From Eubacteriales bacterium (GTDB lineage: Bacteria > Bacillota > Clostridia > Oscillospirales > UBA644): a stretch of 34,338 nt of DNA. The stretch is from NCBI GenBank assembly GCA_045588285.1, contig JAZNDV010000110.1, forward strand, positions 1 to 34,338, given 5' to 3'. A program made the position numbers and the translations under genes. This document shows positions 9,111 through 17,517 of the stretch, piece by piece; positions within the stretch are counted from its first letter, which is position 1, and each line of letters begins with the position of its first letter. The notes beneath the pieces were generated by a model. It saw only the letters and a program-made list of their open reading frames with translations, was not told the origin of the DNA and made no database searches.

Positions 9111-10193
9111 ATGAAGAAGAAAATGCTCTATATGTGCCACATAGACTGGAATTGGATCAAACAGCGTCCCCAGTTTATCGCAGAAGGACTCTCGTCTTTT
9201 TTTGATGTTTCCGTCGTTTATATGTTTCAAAACAGAAATCGGACGGTGCTTCAAAAAGGCAAAGAGCCTACGGTTCCTGTAAATCCTATTTATGCAATTC
9301 CTTTTTTTTCCAGGCTGTCCTTAACTCGATATATTGATGAGAAATTTCGTTATTTTCAGTATTTTCGGCATTATAAACGAATTAAGCCTGATTACTTATA
9401 TTTTACACACCCTTATCAGAATCCCGTAATCCCGAAAAGATTCAAGGGGAAGATCGTATACGATTGTATGGACAATTATGTAGCGATGGCTCGGGATAGT
9501 CAAAAAGAAATAATTAAGAATTATGAGCAAAAATTAGTAGACCGGGCTGATTCTATTTTAGTTTCCAGCCAGAAGCTTGAGGAAGTATTGGTGGAACGCT
9601 ACGGAGAGCATTTGAAAGAAAAAATTTCAATTGTGAGAAATGGGTATAGCGGCAATATTCTTCCTGTTGCCGTCGGAAACGAAAGCAGAGCGGAGAATAA
9701 GTTTACCATCTCCTATATTGGAACCATCGGAGCTTGGTTTAACTTTGATTATGTTTTAAGAAGTCTCCAAGAATTCCCTAATCTGGAATATCGGATTATC
9801 GGTCCCTCGGACAGTCCATCGCTGCCGCAAGCGGATAGGCTTGTTTACGTTGGAACGGTTGAGCACAGTAAACTTCATGAAGAAATTCAGGATGTGCAAT
9901 GCTTGGTCATGCCCTTTCAGATGAACGATATTGTGGAGGCAGTAGACCCCGTCAAGCTTTACGAGTACATAAATTTTAATAAGAATATTTTATGCGTGAA
10001 ATACAAAGAAATAGAGCGTTTTGATCCTTTCGTCCATTTTTACACAGACTATGAATCTTTCCGCAATCAGATCTCACGGATGATGGAAGATAATACATTG
10101 CGTTACAGCCAAGAATCCAGACGGATTTTTTTAGAAGAAAACAGTTGGGAAAGTCGTGTGTCTCAAATTAAACAAATTTTAGAAGAAGCTTAA
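9111..10193 (+). CDS. GT-B fold glycosyltransferase (GT4/TuaH-like)
   Basis: ATG 9111 follows AAGGAG. The N-terminus is MLYMCHIDWNWIKQRPQ. The C-terminal half has a GT-B nucleotide-sugar-binding pattern (YIGTIGAWFNFD, VDPVKLYEY). The ORF part from 8967 to 9110 overlaps rfbC and is not coding. Confidence 0.65.
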   Translation: MKKKMLYMCHIDWNWIKQRPQFIAEGLSSFFDVSVVYMFQNRNRTVLQKGKEPTVPVNPIYAIPFFSRLSLTRYIDEKFRYFQYFRHYKRIKPDYLYFTHPYQNPVIPKRFKGKIVYDCMDNYVAMARDSQKEIIKNYEQKLVDRADSILVSSQKLEEVLVERYGEHLKEKISIVRNGYSGNILPVAVGNESRAENKFTISYIGTIGAWFNFDYVLRSLQEFPNLEYRIIGPSDSPSLPQADRLVYVGTVEHSKLHEEIQDVQCLVMPFQMNDIVEAVDPVKLYEYINFNKNILCVKYKEIERFDPFVHFYTDYESFRNQISRMMEDNTLRYSQESRRIFLEENSWESRVSQIKQILEEA

Positions 10194-10239
10194 TGATTTC
10201 AAGCTGGAGGCTGCTTGCAAAAGCAGAAGAGAAGATCGT

Positions 10240-11337
10240 ATGAAAAAGATTATGCTTGTGTTTGGAACCAGACCGGAGGCAATCAAAATGTGTCCGTTGG
10301 TCAATGAATTAAAAAGCAGACAGAACCTGCAGACGGTAGTTTGTGTCACGGGACAGCACAGACAGATGTTGGATCAAGTGTTGGAAACGTTTCACGTAGT
10401 TCCGGATTACGATTTATCTATTATGAAAGATCGTCAGACGTTGTTTGATGTGACTACCAATATTTTGAACCGAATTAAAGATGTTTTAGAAACTGAAAAA
10501 CCTGACGTCGTTCTGGTTCATGGAGATACTTCTACCACGTTTGTGACAGCTTTGGCTTGTTTTTATTTGCAAATTCCCGTTGGGCATGTTGAGGCGGGGC
10601 TTCGTACCTACAATATCTATTCTCCTTATCCTGAGGAATTTAACCGGCAGGCTGTTGGAATTATAAGTCAATATAATTTTTCTCCCACGGAGCGATCGAA
10701 ACAAAATTTATTGAATGAAGGAAAAGACCCGTCTACCATTTACGTTACGGGTAACACTGCAATCGATGCTTTGAAAACAACGGTTCGCGAGGATTACGCA
10801 CATCCCGAATTGGATTGGGCAAAAGACAGCAGGTTAATTATGATTACTGCCCATCGCCGTGAAAATTTGGGTGAGCCGATGAAGAATATGTTTCGCGCTA
10901 TTCGAAGAGTCATGGACGAACATCCTGACGTAAAAGCAATTTATCCTATTCATATGAATCCGACGGTTCGGGAAACTGCCGATGCAATTTTGGGTGATTA
11001 TGATCGGATTCATATCATAGAACCTTTGGAGGTCTTGGATTTTCATAACTTCTTAGCGAGAAGTTATTTGATTTTAACGGATTCCGGAGGGATTCAGGAA
11101 GAAGCCCCCAGTTTGGGAAAACCTGTTCTGGTTATGCGGGATACCACGGAGCGCCCGGAGGGAATTGCTGCGGGAACACTGAAGTTGGTCGGAACGGACG
11201 AGCAGGTAATCTATGATAATTTTAAGTTGTTGTTAGATGATCCTGAAGCGTACGATAAAATGAGTAAAGCAAGCAATCCTTATGGTGACGGCTTTGCCTC
11301 TAAACGTATTGCAGATATTTTGAGTGCGGCAGAATGA
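10240..11337 (+). CDS. wecB: UDP-N-acetylglucosamine 2-epimerase (non-hydrolysing)
   Basis: FGTRPEAIKMCPLV, HVEAGLRT and DSGGIQEEAPSLGKPVLVMRDTTERPE are present. Confidence 0.92.
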   Translation: MKKIMLVFGTRPEAIKMCPLVNELKSRQNLQTVVCVTGQHRQMLDQVLETFHVVPDYDLSIMKDRQTLFDVTTNILNRIKDVLETEKPDVVLVHGDTSTTFVTALACFYLQIPVGHVEAGLRTYNIYSPYPEEFNRQAVGIISQYNFSPTERSKQNLLNEGKDPSTIYVTGNTAIDALKTTVREDYAHPELDWAKDSRLIMITAHRRENLGEPMKNMFRAIRRVMDEHPDVKAIYPIHMNPTVRETADAILGDYDRIHIIEPLEVLDFHNFLARSYLILTDSGGIQEEAPSLGKPVLVMRDTTERPEGIAAGTLKLVGTDEQVIYDNFKLLLDDPEAYDKMSKASNPYGDGFASKRIADILSAAE

Positions 11338-12617
11338 AGATGAAGTTTTTTCTAAAGTCTTTTTGGCAGAAATCCGCTGTAAAAAACGGTGTATGGATGT
11401 ATTTGCTTCAAGCCTTCAATACGATAATTCCGCTTTTCACATTACCATATATTACGCGAATCCTGGGGGATGACCGTTTCGGTGTTTTTTCGATTGCCCT
11501 GAATCTGATTGGTTATCTTCAGGTTGTAGTAGAGTATGGTTTTGGCATGTCTGCCACTCGGAAGGTTGCCCTTTGCGGATATGATGTTAAAAAGCTAAAT
11601 CGATTGTATTCTTCGGTTCTGTATTCCCGCTGTGTCCTGTTTGGACTTTCCGCGGCAGTAATCGGTGTGTATATGCTTTTTAATTTGGACGATCCCGTTC
11701 AACTCCGATGTGTTCTCTGGTTAGGAATTTGTCTGGTCGGCTATGTGCTTCAGCAAGATTGGATGTTTCAGGGATTGCAGGATATGAAATATATTTCTGT
11801 AATTAGCATCATTGGAAGAATTATTTCTGTTGTGCTTATCTTTGTTTTTGTTCGGGATCGAGATGACGTGGATCTTTACAGTTTTTTGTATGCTGTTTCT
11901 CCTTTGTTAAGCGGTGTGATAGGTTTTGTCCTTGTAAAGGTGAAGTACAAGTTGCATCTCTGTCGGATTTCTGTAAAAGAAATTCTGGAAGAGCTGAAAA
12001 GTGGTTGGTATGTGTTTACCACATCACTCAGCTCCAAGGTCTTTGGAGCCATTGGCATTACATTTTTGGGAATTTTTGATACAGAAGCCACGGTCGGTGT
12101 TTATTCTGCCATACAAAAGATTCCTCAAATGATTTTGCTTGCATGGACTCCCATCAGCCAAGTGTTGTATCCCATTACAAGCAAACGTATGAGTAGCGGT
12201 TCTTTCTCCGAGGGAAAAGCATTTGTTTTCAAACTGCGTACGAAGTTTCTTATTCCATTTATTGCTTTGGCATTGTTTGTTGGTGTGTTTGCTAAATTCT
12301 TTGTGAATCTTGCTTTTGGGAATGAGTATGCGGAGTTTTATTATTGGATTTTCCCCTTGCTTTGTTGGATGATTCTTGCGATTAATAACAATTTTCTTGG
12401 AATTCAGACATTACTTGGAAGCGGTCGGGATTTGGAATACAGCAAGTGTTTTCAGGTCGGCGTTGTTTGTACCATAGGGTTTAATTTAGTTTTGGTTTAC
12501 TTTTTCGGTGGTTTTGGTGCGGCGATTGCCCCTGTTCTTTCCGAGATGCTTTTAGGTATTTTGCTTGTTTTTCGGATTAGAAAGTGTGAAAAAGAATTTG
12601 TTGAATGCAAACAATAA
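11334..12617 (+). CDS. wzx: Wzx-type oligosaccharide flippase (MOP superfamily)
   Basis: The 427-aa protein has about 12 TM segments and an N-terminal ITRILGDDRFGVFSIALNLIGY pattern. The ATGA overlap with the wecB stop indicates translational coupling. Confidence 0.8.
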   Translation: MKMKFFLKSFWQKSAVKNGVWMYLLQAFNTIIPLFTLPYITRILGDDRFGVFSIALNLIGYLQVVVEYGFGMSATRKVALCGYDVKKLNRLYSSVLYSRCVLFGLSAAVIGVYMLFNLDDPVQLRCVLWLGICLVGYVLQQDWMFQGLQDMKYISVISIIGRIISVVLIFVFVRDRDDVDLYSFLYAVSPLLSGVIGFVLVKVKYKLHLCRISVKEILEELKSGWYVFTTSLSSKVFGAIGITFLGIFDTEATVGVYSAIQKIPQMILLAWTPISQVLYPITSKRMSSGSFSEGKAFVFKLRTKFLIPFIALALFVGVFAKFFVNLAFGNEYAEFYYWIFPLLCWMILAINNNFLGIQTLLGSGRDLEYSKCFQVGVVCTIGFNLVLVYFFGGFGAAIAPVLSEMLLGILLVFRIRKCEKEFVECKQ

Positions 12618-12659
12618 TTTCTTCTTTTGCTGACTATAATAGTTTAGGAAGTGTTTTTT

Positions 12660-14066
12660 ATGGCTATGAACAAATATAAAAACAAGGAATTATACAAAAA
12701 ACTGTTGCGCTATATCTTTTCTCTGATATTGATTGCTTCTCAGACAGCTTGTTTTGCCCGGGTTTGGCTGCAGGAATATAATCAGCATATCATGGGGCCG
12801 TTTTTTGAACGCGGAAACTGGTTGTTCTTTGCCGTATATGCGATTTTGTTCGTTGTTTTCCTGATTTGCTTTGACGGGCTGAAGTACGGTCTTTACCGTC
12901 AGTTTAATCTGCTTTTGGGACAATGGCTGGCGACGTTGGGGACGACCTTTATCGTCTATTTGCAGATTTGTCTTCTGTCTCTCCGCTTCGTAAATCCGAT
13001 CCCTCTTCTGTGGGCGATGGTAATCAATCTTGTGCTATGTGTGATTTTGACTTTATTGAGCGAATGGTTGATTCATACGCTGTTTCCGGCAAAAAAACTG
13101 CTGGTGATTTGCGACAGTTATCCCCCGGACGATTTTTTGAAGAAAATGTCCGGCCGGCGGGACAAGTATCGGGTTGCTGAAATCGTCAACGTATCGGAAG
13201 GTTTGGATACCATTGAAACGATGATTCGAGAGGCGGAAAACGTTCTTGTTTACGATGTTCACTCTGAAACCCGTAACAAAATCTTAAAGTGGTGTTTTGA
13301 GTATAACGTGCGCGCCTATTCTACCACAAAGGTGTCGGATATTTTAATCCGCGGCGCGGAACGGATTCATATTTTTGATACGCCGCTGCTTCTATACCGC
13401 AATATCGGACTGACCATTGAACAGCGGTTTTTTAAGCGTCTTATGGATATCGTGGTATCACTGCTGATGCTGATCGTTTTTTCTCCCATTCTTTTACTCA
13501 GTGCCATTGCGATTAAATTGTGTGACGGCGGGCCTGTATTTTATCTGCAGGAACGTTGTACGCTGAACGGAAAAGTTTTCAAAATTCATAAGTTCCGCAG
13601 TATGGTAGTAGATGCGGAAAAGTATAGCGGTGCTCAGTTGGCAACCGAAAAAGATCCGCGGATCACCCCCGTGGGACGTGTTTTACGTGCCACTCGTCTT
13701 GATGAACTTCCTCAGTTGATCGACATTCTCGTGGGGAATATGAGCCTTGTCGGACCCCGTCCGGAACGAAAGGAAATTACCGAGCAGTATGCAAAGGAAA
13801 TGCCGGAGTTTAAGTATCGGCTTAAGGTTCGCGGAGGACTTACGGGATACGCTCAGCTTTACGGAAAATATAATACGACTGCATATGATAAACTGCAGTT
13901 GGATTTGATGTATATTCAAAACTATTCTTTGCTTCTTGATATTCGTCTGATCCTTATGACGGTTAAAATTATGTTTATGAAAGAAAGCACGGAAGGAGTT
14001 TCGGAAGAGACCAATCAAAAAATTGCAGAAATGATTGAAGCATCCGACGATCAAAAAAATCAATAA
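12660..14066 (+). CDS. Polyprenyl-phosphate hexose-1-phosphate transferase (large WbaP/CpsE-type priming enzyme)
   Basis: The C-terminal bacterial sugar-transferase domain has KRLMDIVVSL, KFRSM, PRITPVGRVLRATRLDELPQL and NMSLVGPRPE. It is preceded by N-terminal TM helices and a central Rossmann-like segment. ATG 12660 lies 9 nt after AGGAAG. Confidence 0.88.
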   Translation: MAMNKYKNKELYKKLLRYIFSLILIASQTACFARVWLQEYNQHIMGPFFERGNWLFFAVYAILFVVFLICFDGLKYGLYRQFNLLLGQWLATLGTTFIVYLQICLLSLRFVNPIPLLWAMVINLVLCVILTLLSEWLIHTLFPAKKLLVICDSYPPDDFLKKMSGRRDKYRVAEIVNVSEGLDTIETMIREAENVLVYDVHSETRNKILKWCFEYNVRAYSTTKVSDILIRGAERIHIFDTPLLLYRNIGLTIEQRFFKRLMDIVVSLLMLIVFSPILLLSAIAIKLCDGGPVFYLQERCTLNGKVFKIHKFRSMVVDAEKYSGAQLATEKDPRITPVGRVLRATRLDELPQLIDILVGNMSLVGPRPERKEITEQYAKEMPEFKYRLKVRGGLTGYAQLYGKYNTTAYDKLQLDLMYIQNYSLLLDIRLILMTVKIMFMKESTEGVSEETNQKIAEMIEASDDQKNQ

Positions 14067-14178
14067 GAAAGCGGTTATATAATGAAACGTCTTCTTCTGT
14101 TTGCGGTAAGATCTTGATGCTGCCCTTCCAATTTCCGGAGAAGTACGTTTTAGTAGAACGGCGGAGGAGGAGAGACCA

Positions 14179-14847
14179 ATGACGAAAAAATCTACGGGCT
14201 TGGTTCTTGCCGTTTCCTTGGTCTGTTGTGTCGCCATGGCATTGGTGGACGGGGTTTGGCAGCCGGGATACGCCTTGAAATCCGCAGTGAAGATTGCTCT
14301 GTTTCTGCTGTTGCCTTTTGTCTGTTCTCTCGTGGATCGGGAAGTGGAATACCGATCCCTGTTCCGATCCAATAAAAAAGGGCTGTCGGTAGCCTTTGCG
14401 TTGGGGATCGGCTTGTTCGGAGTGATTTTAGGCGGTTATTTTCTCCTTTCTTCCTATTTTGATTTCTCTAACATTGCCTCGTCCTTGACCGCGTCCACCG
14501 GCGTGGACGGTGACAATTTTATCTTCGTCGCCTTGTATATTTCTTTTATCAATTCTCTGCTCGAAGAATTTTTCTTCCGAGGATTTGTTTTTACTAATTT
14601 GAAACGAACTGCAAATCGGACGGTCGCGTATCTGTTTAGTTCTTTGCTGTTCTCTTTGTATCATACGGCAATGATGATCGGCTGGTTTTCTCTGCCCCTG
14701 TTTTTGTTGGTCCTCGTAGGGCTTGCGGTGGGCGGTGCCATTTTCAACTTTCTTAACGAGAAATATAATACGGTCTTCGTTTCGTGGATCGTTCATATGT
14801 TTACCAATTTTGCCATCAACACCATCGGGTTTCTGTTGCTGAAATAA
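14179..14847 (+). CDS. CPBP (CAAX/Abi) family intramembrane glutamic endopeptidase
   Basis: EEFFFRG, FSLYH and HMFTNF motifs sit within a 7-8 TM protein. GGAGGAGGAG lies upstream of ATG 14179. Confidence 0.85.
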   Translation: MTKKSTGLVLAVSLVCCVAMALVDGVWQPGYALKSAVKIALFLLLPFVCSLVDREVEYRSLFRSNKKGLSVAFALGIGLFGVILGGYFLLSSYFDFSNIASSLTASTGVDGDNFIFVALYISFINSLLEEFFFRGFVFTNLKRTANRTVAYLFSSLLFSLYHTAMMIGWFSLPLFLLVLVGLAVGGAIFNFLNEKYNTVFVSWIVHMFTNFAINTIGFLLLK

Positions 14848-14866
14848 AACGCTTTTTTATATAGTA

Positions 14867-14905
14867 GATATTCTGCAGAATATTTTTTGTTCTGCAGAAT
14901 TTTTC
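14867..14905 (+). terminator. Tandem rho-independent terminators ending the glycan operon
   Basis: ATATTCTGCAGAATAT followed by TTTTT, then GTTCTGCAGAAT followed by TTTT. Both are palindromes centred on CTGCAG. Confidence 0.6.
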
Positions 14906-14974
14906 TGTTTATATTCATGTTTTTGCGCAAAAAATCCTGTCAAAAAATGTTCAAAACTTTTTTTATGAAAGGGA

Positions 14975-15003
14975 TTGAAATTTGTTTTTTTTCATGCTAT
15001 ACT
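14975..15003 (+). promoter_or_regulatory. Sigma-A-type promoter of the ABC exporter operon (TTGAAA-N17-TATACT with TGn extension)
   Basis: TTGAAA is at 14975-14980 and TGc-TATACT at 14995-15003, with a 17-nt spacer. This predicts a ~135-nt leader before ATG 15145. Confidence 0.6.
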
Positions 15004-15144
15004 ACAAGCAATTAAAGGTTTCCAGTTTCCCGGCAGGAGGTTCGGGGACTGCGGTGAGACTGATAAGCCAACACCGGATTCAAAACGCGCCCCTATCGTC
15101 TATCTTCAAAATAATGCAAAAGAAATGAAAAGGAGAAATCCGAA

Positions 15145-17517
15145 ATGGGAACGAATACGAATCGAAATGTTGCGGCTGATCCGCAAAAACCTCCGGGTAT
15201 CAACCCGGAACGGGGGTTCAATACCTCTTTCCGGGGACTTCCGCTTCTGACGAATAAGCAACTGTCGTCTGACGAATTGCTCCTGTTGGAACAGGCGGTT
15301 CCGAACGATGAAAAAGTACAGTTTGTAATCGTTGGCGATCTGAATTTGAAAAACAAATACGCCACTTCCTTTTTGGCGGTCACCGATCGACAGATCTACG
15401 GGTTTGATCCTTCTTTGGAGAAGGGATATAAAACCCACGGATACCAAGGAATCTGCCGTGCTTACGTGAAGCGGTATTACGGCAACGCGACGTTGGTGTT
15501 TTCTTCCGATGACAGCGGCAGAGAATATATCGATCTATCCAAGCAATATGAAAATTTTATCCGATTTTCTTACAAAGTTGCTTCCCTTTACGATTCGGCT
15601 GCCCGTTATATCGAGAACGTTGCCGCCGGTAAAGATCCGGGGGAGGAACTGAAGTTTGTGGAAGCCGCCTTTGAAAAGCAATTCAGCATTTGTCCCAAGT
15701 GTGGACGTGCGCTGATCCGCCCCGGTGCCCCTTGTCTGAATTGTCAATCCAAAGGGCAGGTGGTTAAAAAATTGGCGGGGTATATTTTGCCTCAAAAATG
15801 GCTGCTTCTGTTTTGTCTGTTGTTGTCCGTGATCACCACTGCCGTGTCCCTCGTTCCTCCTTATATGACGAAAACGCTTGTGGACGACGTACTTCCCCAC
15901 GGAAAGAAGAATATGCTTCTGGTGTGCGTCGGAGTTCTGTTTGGAACGTATTTGATTCAGTATGGAATCGGTGCGGTTCGTTCCTATCTTCTCCGGGTCA
16001 GCGGGGACAAAATTGTGGCGGAGTTGCGCAACGACGTCTACCGTAAAGCACAGCTTTTGCCCATGCGCTTTTATGACCGCACCTCTACCGGTTCGGTCAT
16101 CAACCGGATCAGCGGCGATACGTCCACGATACAGGCGTTTATGCTCCGTATTACGCAAGAGGTCGTGGTTCAGTTTTTCCTTTTGATCGGAATTATCGTC
16201 ATTATGTTCGTGCTGAATTGGGAACTGACCTTGTTGTCCTTGATTCCCGTTCCTTTCGTGGTCGTGGGGGCTCGCATCTTCGGTAAAAAGATTGCGCCTT
16301 TTTATCGCCGCATTTGGCGGCGTTGGTCGGCAGTCTCGTCAATTCTGACCGATACGATTCCCGGAATCCGGGTGATTAAGGCATTTACCAACGAAAAAAA
16401 GAGCGTAGACACCTTCTGCGATTATAACGGAGAATGGCTGAAAACCGATATTTCCGCGTCGAAGATCACGACGTTATTTCCCAACGTCGTCAGTTTCGTT
16501 ATTTCCTGCGGTTCGCTTTTGATTTGGAGCGTCGGCGGAAATTGGACCATCGACGATCCGGGGATTTTGTCTCCGGGGTTGTTGGTCTCCTTTATTTCCT
16601 ATACGTCTATGTTCTACGGTCCGGTCAATTTCTTTGCAAACCTCAACGATTCCTATCAGAACGCCCTGAATTCCGCAGAACGGTTGTTGGATATTTTGGA
16701 CGCGGAACCGGAAGCCGATTTCGCGAAGGGGAATCACCCCAAGCATTTGAAGGGAAAAATCGAATTTAAGAACGTCAGTTTTTCCTTCGACCGTTCCAAG
16801 CGTACCCTCTCCAACGTGAATCTTACCATTGAACCGGGGGATATTGTGGGCATCGTCGGGACGACCGGTGCGGGGAAATCCACGTTGATCAATCTTCTTA
16901 TGCGGTATTACGACCACTACGACGGTGAGATCTTGATGGACGGAATCAACATCAAAGAGATCGACTTGGAATTCTACCGTTCCGAAATCGGCTACGTTCA
17001 GCAGGAGCCCATGATCTTTCACGACTCCATCTACAACAATATCGCATACGGTTGTGATAACGTTCACGTGGAACAGGTGATCCACGCCGCAGACGTTGCC
17101 AACGCCCATGAATTCATTGCCCGGCTTCCGGATGGATACGATACTCTTTTGGGAGAACGGGGAACCGGATTGTCCGGCGGCGAACGGCAACGGTTGTCCA
17201 TTGCCCGGGCAGTGTTGCGAAATCCCAATATTCTGTTTTTGGACGAAGCCACCGCTTCCGTTGACTCGGAAACCGAAAGCCTCATTCAAGATGCGATCGA
17301 CAATCTGATTCGGGGGAGAACCACCCTGATGATCGCCCACCGTTTATCTACTCTGCGGAAGGCAAACAAAATTATCGTCGTGGATAAAGGGGAGATCCTG
17401 GAAATGGGTTCTCCGGAAGAATTGATGGAAAAGAAAGGCAAATACTATAAGTTGGTTCAGATTCAGACCATGTCCGACCAAATTCGTAAAACCAAGGAAG
17501 AAGAGAGGTTTGAGTAA
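15145..17517 (+). CDS. Type-I ABC exporter half-transporter (TMD-NBD) with a ~215-aa N-terminal cytoplasmic extension containing a zinc ribbon
   Basis: AAGGAG lies 9 nt upstream of ATG 15145. Six TM helices of the ABC_membrane type start near residue 217. The NBD has Walker A GTTGAGKST, signature LSGGERQRLSIARA, Walker B ILFLDEATASVD and H-loop IAHRLST. The N-terminal CPKCGRALIRPGAPCLNC is encoded at 15691-15744. Confidence 0.9.
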   Translation: MGTNTNRNVAADPQKPPGINPERGFNTSFRGLPLLTNKQLSSDELLLLEQAVPNDEKVQFVIVGDLNLKNKYATSFLAVTDRQIYGFDPSLEKGYKTHGYQGICRAYVKRYYGNATLVFSSDDSGREYIDLSKQYENFIRFSYKVASLYDSAARYIENVAAGKDPGEELKFVEAAFEKQFSICPKCGRALIRPGAPCLNCQSKGQVVKKLAGYILPQKWLLLFCLLLSVITTAVSLVPPYMTKTLVDDVLPHGKKNMLLVCVGVLFGTYLIQYGIGAVRSYLLRVSGDKIVAELRNDVYRKAQLLPMRFYDRTSTGSVINRISGDTSTIQAFMLRITQEVVVQFFLLIGIIVIMFVLNWELTLLSLIPVPFVVVGARIFGKKIAPFYRRIWRRWSAVSSILTDTIPGIRVIKAFTNEKKSVDTFCDYNGEWLKTDISASKITTLFPNVVSFVISCGSLLIWSVGGNWTIDDPGILSPGLLVSFISYTSMFYGPVNFFANLNDSYQNALNSAERLLDILDAEPEADFAKGNHPKHLKGKIEFKNVSFSFDRSKRTLSNVNLTIEPGDIVGIVGTTGAGKSTLINLLMRYYDHYDGEILMDGINIKEIDLEFYRSEIGYVQQEPMIFHDSIYNNIAYGCDNVHVEQVIHAADVANAHEFIARLPDGYDTLLGERGTGLSGGERQRLSIARAVLRNPNILFLDEATASVDSETESLIQDAIDNLIRGRTTLMIAHRLSTLRKANKIIVVDKGEILEMGSPEELMEKKGKYYKLVQIQTMSDQIRKTKEEERFE

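Noticed and set aside
9302-9309. T8 homopolymer inside the glycosyltransferase gene, as a possible phase-variation tract
   Set aside because: Eight residues is short for slipped-strand switching. The tract simply encodes Phe-Phe in an AT-rich gene, and no other sign of contingency-locus behaviour is visible.
13683-14372. 229-aa minus-strand ORF spanning the PGT/CPBP junction
   Set aside because: It is antisense to two well-supported genes. Its composition is basic and low-complexity, and it has no RBS.
15004-15144. Assignment of the exporter leader to a known riboswitch class (TPP, ZTP, ykkC/guanidine, c-di-GMP I/II, ydaO/c-di-AMP, NiCo, cobalamin)
   Set aside because: Only scattered 4-6-nt resemblances exist (for example GGGGACUGCGG, GGUGAGA). 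None of the conserved cores is present in full, and the element is too short for ydaO or cobalamin. It is kept only as an unassigned leader.
15535-17340. Minus-strand ORFs of 207 aa (15535-16158) and 288 aa (16474-17340) inside the ABC exporter gene
   Set aside because: The plus strand carries complete Walker A, signature, Walker B and H-loop motifs and TM helices. The antisense frames have no motifs.
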